Shown: positions 39,623 through 48,245, counted from the first letter of the stretch. The stretch: DNA of 64,000 bases from Alphaproteobacteria bacterium (GCA_017308375.1 JAFKEW010000008.1:2665-66664), one strand, 5' to 3'. Notes: a model not told the origin generated them from the letters alone. Numbers and translations are program-made.

Positions 39623-40312
39623 TCATTCCGTGTTCGAGAATTTGTAGGTTATGCCCGCCAGCAGCGCGTGATTGGAGAAGTGCTGCTGTCCGGCCAGCGT
39701 AGGATCGTTTACGTCCTCCATTCGCGCGGATTCAGCTTGCGAAAAGCGGTAAGCCCCGAACAGCGATGTGTTGGGTGCGATATTGGCCCGCAACCCGGCC
39801 TCAAGCTGATAAGCGGGGCGCCATTGGTGGCCGCCAAGGCCGTCGATCTCGCCGCCGACATTCTGCATGCCAAGACCGGCACCGACGAACGGTGTCAGAT
39901 TGTTCCACGACGCCAGATCGTATGTGCCGTTCAGCATCAAGCTGGTGGTCGAAAGGTGACCGTCGGCCACCGTACCGCCGAGCCTGTTCAGGCTTGAGCG
40001 TTGATAAAGCGATTGCACTTCGACGCGCCAGCCTTGGCCGGTGTCATAACCCACGGCGCCGCCGTAAGCGTAACCGGTGTTGAATTCTTCATTGTTGAAG
40101 CCGCTTTGCGGCACGCCGGCATTGATCGTGCGCAGATGCAGATCGGGCAGGAACGAACCGCCGCCCATGCCGCTGACATAGTATCCGGCGTCCGAATTCC
40201 CGGCGTCATTGTATCCGGTGCCTCCGGCCTGTGCCGCCGTCGCGGCCAGCACGGCCGCCGGAAGGGCAATGACGGGAAGGGAAAGAGTAGAGAGGGCCAT
40301 TCTTCGTTTCAT
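39623..40312 (-). CDS. outer-membrane beta-barrel protein (Omp25/Omp31/RopB-type small OMP)
   Basis: Signal peptide LPAAVLAATAAQA, alternating hydrophobic beta-strands, and GITYKF near the C-terminus. The start was set at the ATG at 40312. Confidence 0.8.
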   Translation of the reverse strand: MKRRMALSTLSLPVIALPAAVLAATAAQAGGTGYNDAGNSDAGYYVSGMGGGSFLPDLHLRTINAGVPQSGFNNEEFNTGYAYGGAVGYDTGQGWRVEVQSLYQRSSLNRLGGTVADGHLSTTSLMLNGTYDLASWNNLTPFVGAGLGMQNVGGEIDGLGGHQWRPAYQLEAGLRANIAPNTSLFGAYRFSQAESARMEDVNDPTLAGQQHFSNHALLAGITYKFSNTE

Positions 40313-40567
40313 TAGGCATACTCCTGAGAGAACACACACCTCTGGGTGCGGGCCGCACGATGGCCTCCAGGTGTGGCGAGAGTTTGCCGCTTTCGTCGCA
40401 AGATATTAAAAATGTTGACATATTTACGATGGCCGCTGCCGCGTTCTTCGCCGTTTGGCCGCATTTGCGGATTGACACCGGCGCGGAACTGACAAACTAT
40501 CAGTCAGGCAAAATGGCACAGGTGGCTCTGTGCCTGAAGACCGCAACAAGAGGGAGGAGCGTGTGCG

Positions 40568-41596
40568 ATGGCAAAACTTGTCTACACCAGCGAAGAAATT
40601 CTCGCCGATCATCCTTACGCCAGGCTGCATGACGAAGCCGGCTATCGCCTGCATGGCGGTTTCGATGCTGCTGGCAAATATATCTCGCCACGCACGCTGA
40701 ACCGCTGGCCCGCGATCCGCGCCTGGGACGATGCGTTGAAGGCGCGCGGTCACGACCTGATCGACTCCTCACAGCAATTGATGGTGCGCGGCGGTTTTCC
40801 CAATGCCGAACAGCAGCGCTTTCTTCTGGAACTGGGGCTCGGCCAGACGTTATGGGATTCGCTCACGATCACCGGCGTGATCGAAGCGCGCGGCCGTGCG
40901 CTTGCGGAAAACACGGCGCCCGATTTTCAGGCCGTGATTGTGGAGGATATTTCCCAAACCGCTACCGGTCATCTGAACAAGGGTCTGCTGGTGGCCCATG
41001 GTCTCGATGAAGGCGGTAGCCCGGAACGGGGCGAAGGCGGGCACGACCATATGTGGTTCGCCGTGCGCGATCTTTTGTTCGGGAAGAATGCCTATCCGCT
41101 GCCGGAGGTTCCTGAAAGTCTTGCCCGGCCGGAATTGGGCCGTCTGATGCCGCAGATTCCGGCGGAATATGAGCAATGGATTCTGCTGCTGATGAACGTG
41201 CTGATGATCGAGGTGCGGGCGGAGAATTTCTTCAGCTTCTGCACCGGTGTGATGCGCGATCCGCAGAATTTCCGTGACCGGCGCGAAGCCGCCCTTCATG
41301 CCGCCGATCTGGTCGATCGCATCCGCGCGGATGAGGCGTCGCATGTCGGCTATCTGACCACGGTGGTTTCCGAACTGCGCAGCTTCCATTTTCGCGCTGC
41401 CGACGGCAGCACGGTTGCGGGCGAGCAAGTCATCGACCCCATCTGGCACGGCATGGTGCAATGGCACGCCGTCACCAATGTGGACTTTGAACGCGAGCAG
41501 CGCCGCAAGCATTTGACAGATCTTCTCGCGCAACGCGGCAATGGTCCCGAATTGATTCGCCGTTTCGACCAGCTCTCGCTTAAAGAGGCAGCATGA
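40568..41596 (+). CDS. hypothetical protein, candidate ferritin-like diiron-carboxylate enzyme
   Basis: 342 aa, soluble and helical. Spaced carboxylate/His pairs read by eye: IEARG ... ERGEGGH (ExxH) ... IEVRAE ... DEASH (ExxH). The stop overlaps the SDR start. Function is a guess. Confidence 0.6.
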   Translation: MAKLVYTSEEILADHPYARLHDEAGYRLHGGFDAAGKYISPRTLNRWPAIRAWDDALKARGHDLIDSSQQLMVRGGFPNAEQQRFLLELGLGQTLWDSLTITGVIEARGRALAENTAPDFQAVIVEDISQTATGHLNKGLLVAHGLDEGGSPERGEGGHDHMWFAVRDLLFGKNAYPLPEVPESLARPELGRLMPQIPAEYEQWILLLMNVLMIEVRAENFFSFCTGVMRDPQNFRDRREAALHAADLVDRIRADEASHVGYLTTVVSELRSFHFRAADGSTVAGEQVIDPIWHGMVQWHAVTNVDFEREQRRKHLTDLLAQRGNGPELIRRFDQLSLKEAA

Positions 41597-42483
41597 TCAG
41601 CGATTTTTGCGGCAAGACCGCATTTGTCACCGGTGGCGCGAGCGGCATCGGGCTTGGTATGGCGCGCGCCTTCGGCCGTGCGGGCATGAACGTCGTCCTC
41701 GCCGATATTGAGGAAAAGGCGGCCACCGCGGCTGTGGAACGTCTGGCGGCGGAGCAGATCAAGGCAAAGGCCGTTCAATGCGATGTCGCGGACCGCAATG
41801 CGGTGCGCAACGCAGCACTCGAAGCGGTGGCGGCCTTCGGCAAGGTCCATGTGGTCTGCAACAATGCCGGCGTCGGCGTGGGGGGCGAGGTTGGCACCTT
41901 ACGTGAAAAGGATTGGGACTGGATCATCGACGTCAATCTGAAGGGCGTCGTCTACGGCACCGAAACCTTTTTGCCGCTGATCCGCAGCCATGGCGAAGGC
42001 GGCCATTTCGTCAACACCGCCTCGATGGCCGGGCTTCTGAGCGGTCCGGGCATGGAGCCTTATTCGGCCACCAAATATGCCGTGGTGGCGATGAGCGAGG
42101 GCTGGGTGCAGCAGCTTGCGCCGATGGGCATCGGGCTTTCGGTGCTGTGTCCCGGTTTCGTCCGTACACGGATTGGTGAGAGCAGCCGCACGCGGCAGGA
42201 CCGCTATGGACCGTCCGCCTCCGGCGTCACCACCGGCGATCGCGCCACGCAGATGGCACAGGCGATCGAAGCGGGCCTTGATCCCGATGTCGTCGGCCAG
42301 CGCGTGTTCGAGGCCGTGCGCGACAACAATCTCTATATCTTCACCGATCCCCGTTTCCGCGACCTGGTGGAAATGCGTTTTGCCGCCATCCGCGCAGGTT
42401 TCGATCAGGCCGCGGCGAGCGAGGCGCTGAAAAGCGTGAAATCGTGGGCGCCGCTGATGCCCGGCGCGCCACAAGACCAGTAG
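41593..42483 (+). CDS. SDR family oxidoreductase
   Basis: TGGASGIG, NNAG, and the S...YSATK catalytic triad. Confidence 0.9.
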   Translation: MISDFCGKTAFVTGGASGIGLGMARAFGRAGMNVVLADIEEKAATAAVERLAAEQIKAKAVQCDVADRNAVRNAALEAVAAFGKVHVVCNNAGVGVGGEVGTLREKDWDWIIDVNLKGVVYGTETFLPLIRSHGEGGHFVNTASMAGLLSGPGMEPYSATKYAVVAMSEGWVQQLAPMGIGLSVLCPGFVRTRIGESSRTRQDRYGPSASGVTTGDRATQMAQAIEAGLDPDVVGQRVFEAVRDNNLYIFTDPRFRDLVEMRFAAIRAGFDQAAASEALKSVKSWAPLMPGAPQDQ

Positions 42484-42494
42484 GAGCATCCGCA

Positions 42495-43796
42495 ATGAAG
42501 TTCGGTATTTTTTATGAGCATCAATTGCCGCGCCCCTGGCATGACGGCGACGAGCTGAAGCTGTTTCAGGACGCGCTGGATCAGGTCGAACTGGCCGACC
42601 GTCTCGGCATCGATCACGCCTGGGAGGTGGAGCATCATTTTCTGGAGGAATATTCCCATTCCTCCGCGCCGGAAGTGTTTCTCGCCGCCTGTTCGCAGCG
42701 CACGAAAAACATCCGCCTTGGTCACGGCATCGTGTTGATGCCGCCGGGTTACAATCATCCCGCCCGCGTCGCGGAACGGATCGCAACGCTTGATCTCGTT
42801 TCCAATGGCCGTGTCGAGTTTGGCACCGGTGAATCGTCGGCCTTGCTCGAACTCGGCGGTTACAAGGTGCCGGTCGAAAAGAAGCGCGAGATGTGGCGTG
42901 AATCGGTCGAGCAATGTCTGAACATGATGGTGATGAATCCTTATCCCGGATTCAAAGGCCAGTTCTTCGACATGCCGTGCCGCAACGTGGTGCCGAAGCC
43001 GGTGCAGAAACCGCATCCGCCGGTCTGGGTTGCCTGCTCCAATCGTGAGACCATCAAGCTGGCAGCGCGCCTTGGTATCGGTGCGCTCACTTTCGCCTTT
43101 GTCGATCCGGCGGAAGCCAAACAATGGGTGGATGATTATTACCGCATCATCCGTGAAGAGTGCGTGCCCATCGGCCATGCGGTGAACGCGAACATCGCCA
43201 TGGTCACCGGCTTCTCCGTCCACAAGGATGGGGAGGAGGCGCGGCGCCGCGGCCTTGACGGATTCCGGTTCTTCGGTTACGCGCTCGGCCATCACTATAT
43301 TTTCGGCGAACACAAACCCGGCCGCACCGATGTCTGGAAGGCGTTTGAAGCGGCGAAGGATTCCATTCCCGAAAATCCCGGCTCCGCCGGCATCGGCACG
43401 CCGGATGATTTGCGCGCACATTTGAAGAAGTTTGAAGACTCCGGCGTCGATCAGGTTGCCTTCATCCAGCAGGGCGGCCGCAACAGGCACGAACACATCT
43501 GTGAATCGTTGGAACTGTTTGCGCGCGATGTGATGCCGGAGTTCAAGGAACGCTTCGCCGAGAAGCAGAAGCGCAAGACAGAAGAACTCGCGCCCTATAT
43601 CGAACAGGCCTTCAAGCGCAAGGAGCGCATGAAGGAACTGGCCGATGATGAGATTCCGACAGTCGTCGCACTCGGCCGCCAGATCACGCAGAACCCGGTC
43701 CGGCAACCGCAAATCGGCGATGACCAGCGGAAATGGTCCGAAACAGCCGGCGTCCCCCTCGAAGATCCGTCGAAGGCGCGTAAGGCCGCCCAATAA
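42495..43796 (+). CDS. LLM-class (luciferase-like) flavin-dependent oxidoreductase, long form with a ~90-aa charged C-terminal extension
   Basis: MKFGIFYEHQLPRPW..., HAWEVEHHFLEEYS and GHGIV are present. ATG at 42495 follows AGGAG. Confidence 0.9.
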   Translation: MKFGIFYEHQLPRPWHDGDELKLFQDALDQVELADRLGIDHAWEVEHHFLEEYSHSSAPEVFLAACSQRTKNIRLGHGIVLMPPGYNHPARVAERIATLDLVSNGRVEFGTGESSALLELGGYKVPVEKKREMWRESVEQCLNMMVMNPYPGFKGQFFDMPCRNVVPKPVQKPHPPVWVACSNRETIKLAARLGIGALTFAFVDPAEAKQWVDDYYRIIREECVPIGHAVNANIAMVTGFSVHKDGEEARRRGLDGFRFFGYALGHHYIFGEHKPGRTDVWKAFEAAKDSIPENPGSAGIGTPDDLRAHLKKFEDSGVDQVAFIQQGGRNRHEHICESLELFARDVMPEFKERFAEKQKRKTEELAPYIEQAFKRKERMKELADDEIPTVVALGRQITQNPVRQPQIGDDQRKWSETAGVPLEDPSKARKAAQ

Positions 43797-43859
43797 ATCG
43801 CGGCACGACAATTTGCAACTTGTGGTAGATTCGTTTTGTGTTGCGCACGCGCTCTATAG

Positions 43860-43874
43860 TTAATTAAGTTTTAA
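43860..43874. promoter_or_regulatory. perfect TTAA-N7-TTAA (CtrA-box consensus) upstream of the glycosyltransferase cassette
   Basis: Read directly: agTTAAttaagttTTAAcgg, in an AT-rich patch about 90 nt before the first possible start codon. Confidence 0.35.
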
Positions 43875-43961
43875 CGGCAAGTTCATTTCGTCCGCGTTTG
43901 GGGACTTCCTATCGTAGAAAGATAACAGCCGGGCAGGTGCTGTCCGGCGAGCGGTGGCGTT

Positions 43962-45648
43962 TTGTCTGCCGCTCGGGGGGATGTTTTGGGGTATCAGGGC
44001 GTGGTCCGGCCCGGCGCAGCCATTGCGCCCGGGGCACCAGATATTGATGTGCCGCCGGATGTTGGTGCGTCGCCGGATATTGGTGTGTCGTCTGTGCGTG
44101 CCGGGGCGGATGTCCGGCTTGCGCTGCGCCCGGACGCAACGCTCTCCACCCTTCGCGATCTCGATCCCTGTCTGCGTTATGGCGTTCTGCCATGGCAGCG
44201 CGCGGAGAATGGCCTTGTCATCGCGGCTTCCGGCGCCGCGCCCGGCCGTGCCGCCTGGTTGCGGGCCCGGTTTGGAAACGAGCTGCACATCGTCGCCATC
44301 TCGCGCCCGCGCCTGATGCGCGCGATCGAAGCGCGCTTCCAGACCCGCCTCAGCCGCAATGCCGTTCACGCTCTTGCGCGCGCCACACCGGCGCTGTCGG
44401 CCCGCCGCGTTGTTACGCGCGGTCAGGCTTTTGTGTTTATCGCCGCACTGGCCACGATCTGTTGCGGCTTTGCGCTTTGGCCACGTCCCACCATCGGTTT
44501 TCTTGCCGGGCTCCTCACGCTTCTGTTCATTGCCAATATCGCGTTCCGGCTGGCTCTGGTGCTGATCGGCGCGGAAGAGCCGCGGCGTTTCGCGCGAACA
44601 CCCATCAATCGGGATGATCTTCCGCTCTACACCGTCCTGGTCCCGCTTTATCGGGAGGCGAACATGCTGGCACCGCTGGTGCACGCTTTGCGCCGCCTTG
44701 CTTACCCGCCGGAAAAGCTCGACATCAAACTGGTGATCGAGGCCGATGATCACGGTACCTTGCGCGCGGCCATGGCGCAGGAGTTGCCGCCCTGGTTCGA
44801 GATTGTGCGTGTGCCGCCCAGCCATCCGCGCACCAAGCCGAAGGCATGCAATTATGCGCTGGCCTTTGCGCGTGGCGAATTCACGGTCATCTTCGATGCG
44901 GAGGATCGGCCAGAGCCCGATCAACTTGCGCGCGCCGCTGCCGCATTCCGCGCTTTGCCGCCCGACTATGGCTGTCTTCAGGCGCGGCTCAACTTTTACA
45001 ATCGCGATCAGAACTGGCTGACCCGGCTTTTCGCGCTCGATTATGCGTCGCGCCATTCACGGCTGGGATCCGTTCAACGTAACGGAGGATGCCGACATCG
45101 GTATCCGCATGGCGCGCCTCGGCCTGAAGGTGGCGACCTTTGAATCCACCACGTTTGAGGAGGCGGCCAGTACCCTTCGCGCCTGGTTTCAACAGCGTTC
45201 GCGCTGGCTCAAGGGCTATATGCAAACCTGGCTGGTGCATATGCGCAATCCGCTGGCGTTGTACCGGCACGGCGGCCTGCGGGGCTTTATCGCCTTTCAG
45301 CTTTTCATTGCCGGTACATTCCTGTCTGCGCTTTCCAACCTAGTTCTGTGGTGTGCCTTTGGACTCTCGTTCTTCGTTCCGCTTCAGATATTCGATGGCG
45401 CTTTGGGCCTGACACTTACCCATCTTTCATCGGCCAGCCTCATCGCGGGCAACGCGGGCTTCATCTATCTGGCGATGCTCGGCCCCTACCGCCGTGGCTG
45501 GCTGGAGCTTGTGCCGTTCGCACTTTTGGCGCCGGTCTATTGGTTGCTGGTCTCGGCTGCGGCCTATCATGGCCTCGCGCAATTGCTCACCCGGCCGTTT
45601 TATTGGGCCAAAACCCCGCACGGGTTCGGACGGTGCACGCCGTCATGA
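43962..45648 (+). pseudogene. processive family-2 glycosyltransferase (D,D,D,QxxRW synthase) with T2SSE_N-like N-terminal domain; interrupted by an internal deletion plus +1 frameshift near 45040-45060
   Basis: ORF 43962-45143 carries CLRYGVLPWQRAENGLVIAASG...ELHIVAISRPRLMRAIEARF (T2SSE_N pattern), two TM helices, the VLVPLYREANML start of the GT-A fold, and IFDAED. ORF 45043-45648, in the next frame, carries GWDPFNVTEDADIG (TED), QQRSRWLKG (QxxRW) and C-terminal TM helices. About 30 residues usually found between FALxYA and GGWDP are absent. The true start codon is uncertain (TTG 43962 or a downstream GTG). Confidence 0.75.
44037..44090 (+). repeat. 3 x 18-bp imperfect tandem repeat (CCRGATRTTGRTGYGYCG) at the 5' end of the glycosyltransferase ORF
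   Basis: ccagatattgatgtgccg / ccggatgttggtgcgtcg / ccggatattggtgtgtcg. In frame it encodes PDIDVP-PDVGAS-PDIGVS. Confidence 0.8.
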
Positions 45649-46562
45649 GCCTGTCTGACGCGCCTCTCCCTTATCCGGCATTCCGGCTCCCTGCGGCAAC
45701 ACAGGCCTTGCTTCCTGTGGCCGTCTTTGCCGCTGCGGCCGTGGTGACGCGCAATCCCGTACCCGCAATTGCCTGTGCCGCGTTTGCCGCGTTGATGCAG
45801 CGTGATTTGCGCGGCGCAGGCTTCACGGCGCCTATCCGCAGCGGCGTCATCGCGTGTTTGTTCCTGCAATCCGGCTTGTGCGCGGCGCTGCTGGGGCAGG
45901 GTGATGTACTCCGGCTGGCAATCGCGCTCTATCTTGTCGTTTCCCGCGCTGTTGCCTTTGCTGCTCTGCGCAGCCTCTACCGCATGATCGCGCTGGGCCT
46001 CGCACTCGCGCTGGCACAAATCCTTCATCCCTTGTCTGGTGTTGCTGGCGCGTTGTCCCTGCCGTTACTGGCCGTTGCGTTACAGCCGGAAGATAAGCGG
46101 CACCGTGCCGGTTTTGCGGCGCTGCTGATGTTCATCCCGCTGGTCAGCGCGCTTGTGCTGGCCTGGTTGTATGGCGTGGCGGGCGTCACCCTGTGGCCGC
46201 ATGTTCCCAATACCGCTATCGCCTTGCTGCCGTCATTGCCGTTGCCGCGGCAAGTTGTGGTGCTGTTCTGCTGCGCACCAGTCCTTTGGCTGGGCGTATC
46301 GGTTCGGTCGTTGCGCAACCGTGCACAGCATGTGGCGCTCGGCATTGCGTTCCTGACTGTACTCGTCATTTGCGTGGCGGCATGGCGCGGTGCGCCGCAG
46401 GCTCTCTCCACAACCATGGCTGCCGTGGCTGCACTGTCCGCCGGTGCTATCGCCGCCTGGCCGCATCCGTCGCGCAACGGTTCGCTGGCACTTGCGGCAT
46501 CGGCGCTCACCACCATTCTCTCCTGGCTGCTGCCTTATCTGGCAGCGGCCGTCCTGGCGTAA
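45645..46562 (+). CDS. polytopic inner-membrane protein of unknown function (about 9-10 TM segments)
   Basis: 305 aa and very hydrophobic. The ATG overlaps the glycosyltransferase stop (ATGA at 45645-45648). I recognise no motif. Confidence 0.7.
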   Translation: MSLSDAPLPYPAFRLPAATQALLPVAVFAAAAVVTRNPVPAIACAAFAALMQRDLRGAGFTAPIRSGVIACLFLQSGLCAALLGQGDVLRLAIALYLVVSRAVAFAALRSLYRMIALGLALALAQILHPLSGVAGALSLPLLAVALQPEDKRHRAGFAALLMFIPLVSALVLAWLYGVAGVTLWPHVPNTAIALLPSLPLPRQVVVLFCCAPVLWLGVSVRSLRNRAQHVALGIAFLTVLVICVAAWRGAPQALSTTMAAVAALSAGAIAAWPHPSRNGSLALAASALTTILSWLLPYLAAAVLA

Positions 46563-46567
46563 TCGCG

Positions 46568-47356
46568 ATGCGGTGTGCATGGGTCTTCGCGGCTGTATTT
46601 ATCGTCTTCGCCGCCGCGCGCGCCCATGCCGGTGCCTGGACGGTGGAGGAGGGCGCGGTCCAAACCATCACCACCACGACCATCAGCAACGCATCGAAGG
46701 CGTATGACGCATCCGGCAAGGCCACCGAACCTGTACGCTATAACAAGGTACTGACCCAGGCCTATATCGAATACGGTCTGCGCAATTACGTCACCGTGTT
46801 TGCGGCACCCGAATACGCCCGCGCCCGTTCCGGCGCACCGGGCGGGCCGGTGAAGGGGGCAACCGCTGCCGCCATCGCAACCGGGGCCCGTGTGCGCCTG
46901 ATGAAAGATCACGGTGTGCTGTCGCTTGAAGGCTCTTACAAAACTGCCGGCGCGTTTGATACTTCTGTCTCCGTCAATCAGGAATCCGGGCGTCAGTTTG
47001 AATTGCGCCTGCTCTACGGCACCAATTTCTCGCTGTTCGGGCGCGAAGGCTTCGCTGATCTGGAGATCGGTCAGCGCTGGATCGCAGGTGCCCGGCCCGA
47101 TGAAACCCCGCTGGATGTGACGCTCGGCTATCGCCCATGGAGTGGCGGCACCATTCTGCTGCAGAGTTTCAACATCTTCGCCGCCGGCAATGGCAGGCCA
47201 CCTTACCGCTACTACCGCAGCCACAAATTGTCGGCCTCGCTGGTGCAACGGATTTACCGCTCCACCTCGGTTCAGATCGGTGGCTTCTTTTCGCCTGCGG
47301 GCCAGGGCGCGCTGGATGAAACCGGCTTCTCCTTCGCGGTCTGGGAGTCGTTTTGA
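46568..47356 (+). CDS. predicted outer-membrane beta-barrel protein of unknown function
   Basis: Signal peptide MRCAWVFAAVFIVFAAARAHA, alternating-polarity strands, and a C-terminal aromatic residue (FAVWESF). It starts 6 nt after the upstream stop. Confidence 0.7.
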   Translation: MRCAWVFAAVFIVFAAARAHAGAWTVEEGAVQTITTTTISNASKAYDASGKATEPVRYNKVLTQAYIEYGLRNYVTVFAAPEYARARSGAPGGPVKGATAAAIATGARVRLMKDHGVLSLEGSYKTAGAFDTSVSVNQESGRQFELRLLYGTNFSLFGREGFADLEIGQRWIAGARPDETPLDVTLGYRPWSGGTILLQSFNIFAAGNGRPPYRYYRSHKLSASLVQRIYRSTSVQIGGFFSPAGQGALDETGFSFAVWESF

Positions 47357-47540
47357 GTGTTCCGCGCCGGGCGGACAAGACGCCGCATCGCGCAAGGTGA
47401 AGAAATTAACATTGCGCGGTCACCGTCTTTGCATGGAAAACTATCGCCCTGTGTCGGTACGCGATGAAGAACGCGGGCCCGTGACGAGCGTTGAATACTG
47501 GTGCCGCAATCGTGGGGCGCAGGTGACGTGTGGTGTTGTG

Positions 47541-47768
47541 ATGTTGCCTGAAGTTCTATCTCACGTGCCGGTATGGCAGTTTCTCGTTGGCATCGCGGTG
47601 TTCTGGCTTGTGGCAATCGCATTTGTGCTGACACGGACCGGCCCCAAATGCTCCCATTGCGGCTCGCGAAAGGTGAAGACGGATGATCGGGGTGCGCCAC
47701 ATTGTGGTGCTTGTGGTGCGGAGCGCGCCCGGCTTGTCGGCTTCCGGCATCACGAACCGGCGGAATAG
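47541..47768 (+). CDS. possible small membrane-anchored zinc-ribbon protein
   Basis: One TM helix (WQFLVGIAVFWLVAIAFVL) followed by CSHCG...CGACG, a CxxC-N13-CxxC pattern. ATG 47433 is an alternative start. Coding status is unproven. Confidence 0.35.
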   Translation: MLPEVLSHVPVWQFLVGIAVFWLVAIAFVLTRTGPKCSHCGSRKVKTDDRGAPHCGACGAERARLVGFRHHEPAE

Positions 47769-47790
47769 GCACAAAAACTGTAGTGTATTT

Positions 47791-47809
47791 GCAATTGAGA
47801 ATGAATTGC
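47791..47809. promoter_or_regulatory. inverted repeat GCAATT-N7-AATTGC overlapping a Fur-box-like AT-rich sequence, upstream of the cupredoxin/FTR1 genes
   Basis: gcaattgagaatgaattgc lies about 110 nt upstream of the ATG at 47919. The overlapping 19-mer GAGAATGAATTGCGATAAC matches 11 of 19 bases of the E. coli Fur consensus GATAATGATAATCATTATC. Confidence 0.3.
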
Positions 47810-47918
47810 GATAACACTCTCCCGGTTTTCGGGGCTTCGTCCCATCCGTTCCCGCCATCGCCCGCCGGGCGACCGACAGGCAGATGCGCCGGCGCCCCTC
47901 CTTTCCGGGGTGCCGTTG

Positions 47919-48245
47919 ATGAAATTCCACCTGTCCGCTCTCGTTCTTGCCCTGTTGCTGGCGGCGCCTGCCGCATCGGCGGCCGGCGATATAAACCTGA
48001 CCCTGAAGAACCACCGTTTTTCCCCGGCCGAGATTCATGTGAAGGCCGGAACGCGCAATCTGATCGTCCTCCACAATGAAGATGCGACGGTGGATGAATT
48101 CGATTCCACCGCCCTGAAGGTTGAGAAGGTCGTGGCCGGGCACAGCACGGGCAAAATCCGCCTGCGGCCGTTATCGCCCGGAAAATATCCGTTCATGGGC
48201 GAATATCACGCCGCCACGGCGCAGGGCGTGGTGATCGCGGAATAG
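47919..48245 (+). CDS. periplasmic cupredoxin-fold protein (FtrB / EfeO-N-like), no cysteine in the mature part
   Basis: Signal peptide ending AASAAG, then FSPAEIHVKAG...LHNED...GKYPFMGEYH, which resembles a cupredoxin strand pattern. It lies 3 nt upstream of the FTR1 permease gene. Confidence 0.75.
   Translation: MKFHLSALVLALLLAAPAASAAGDINLTLKNHRFSPAEIHVKAGTRNLIVLHNEDATVDEFDSTALKVEKVVAGHSTGKIRLRPLSPGKYPFMGEYHAATAQGVVIAE

Noticed and set aside
40405-40500. Two TTGACA hexamers upstream of the diiron operon as candidate -35 elements.
   Set aside because: Neither has an acceptable -10 hexamer at 16-18 nt. The best is AACTAT, matching 3 of 6 bases. They are left uncalled.
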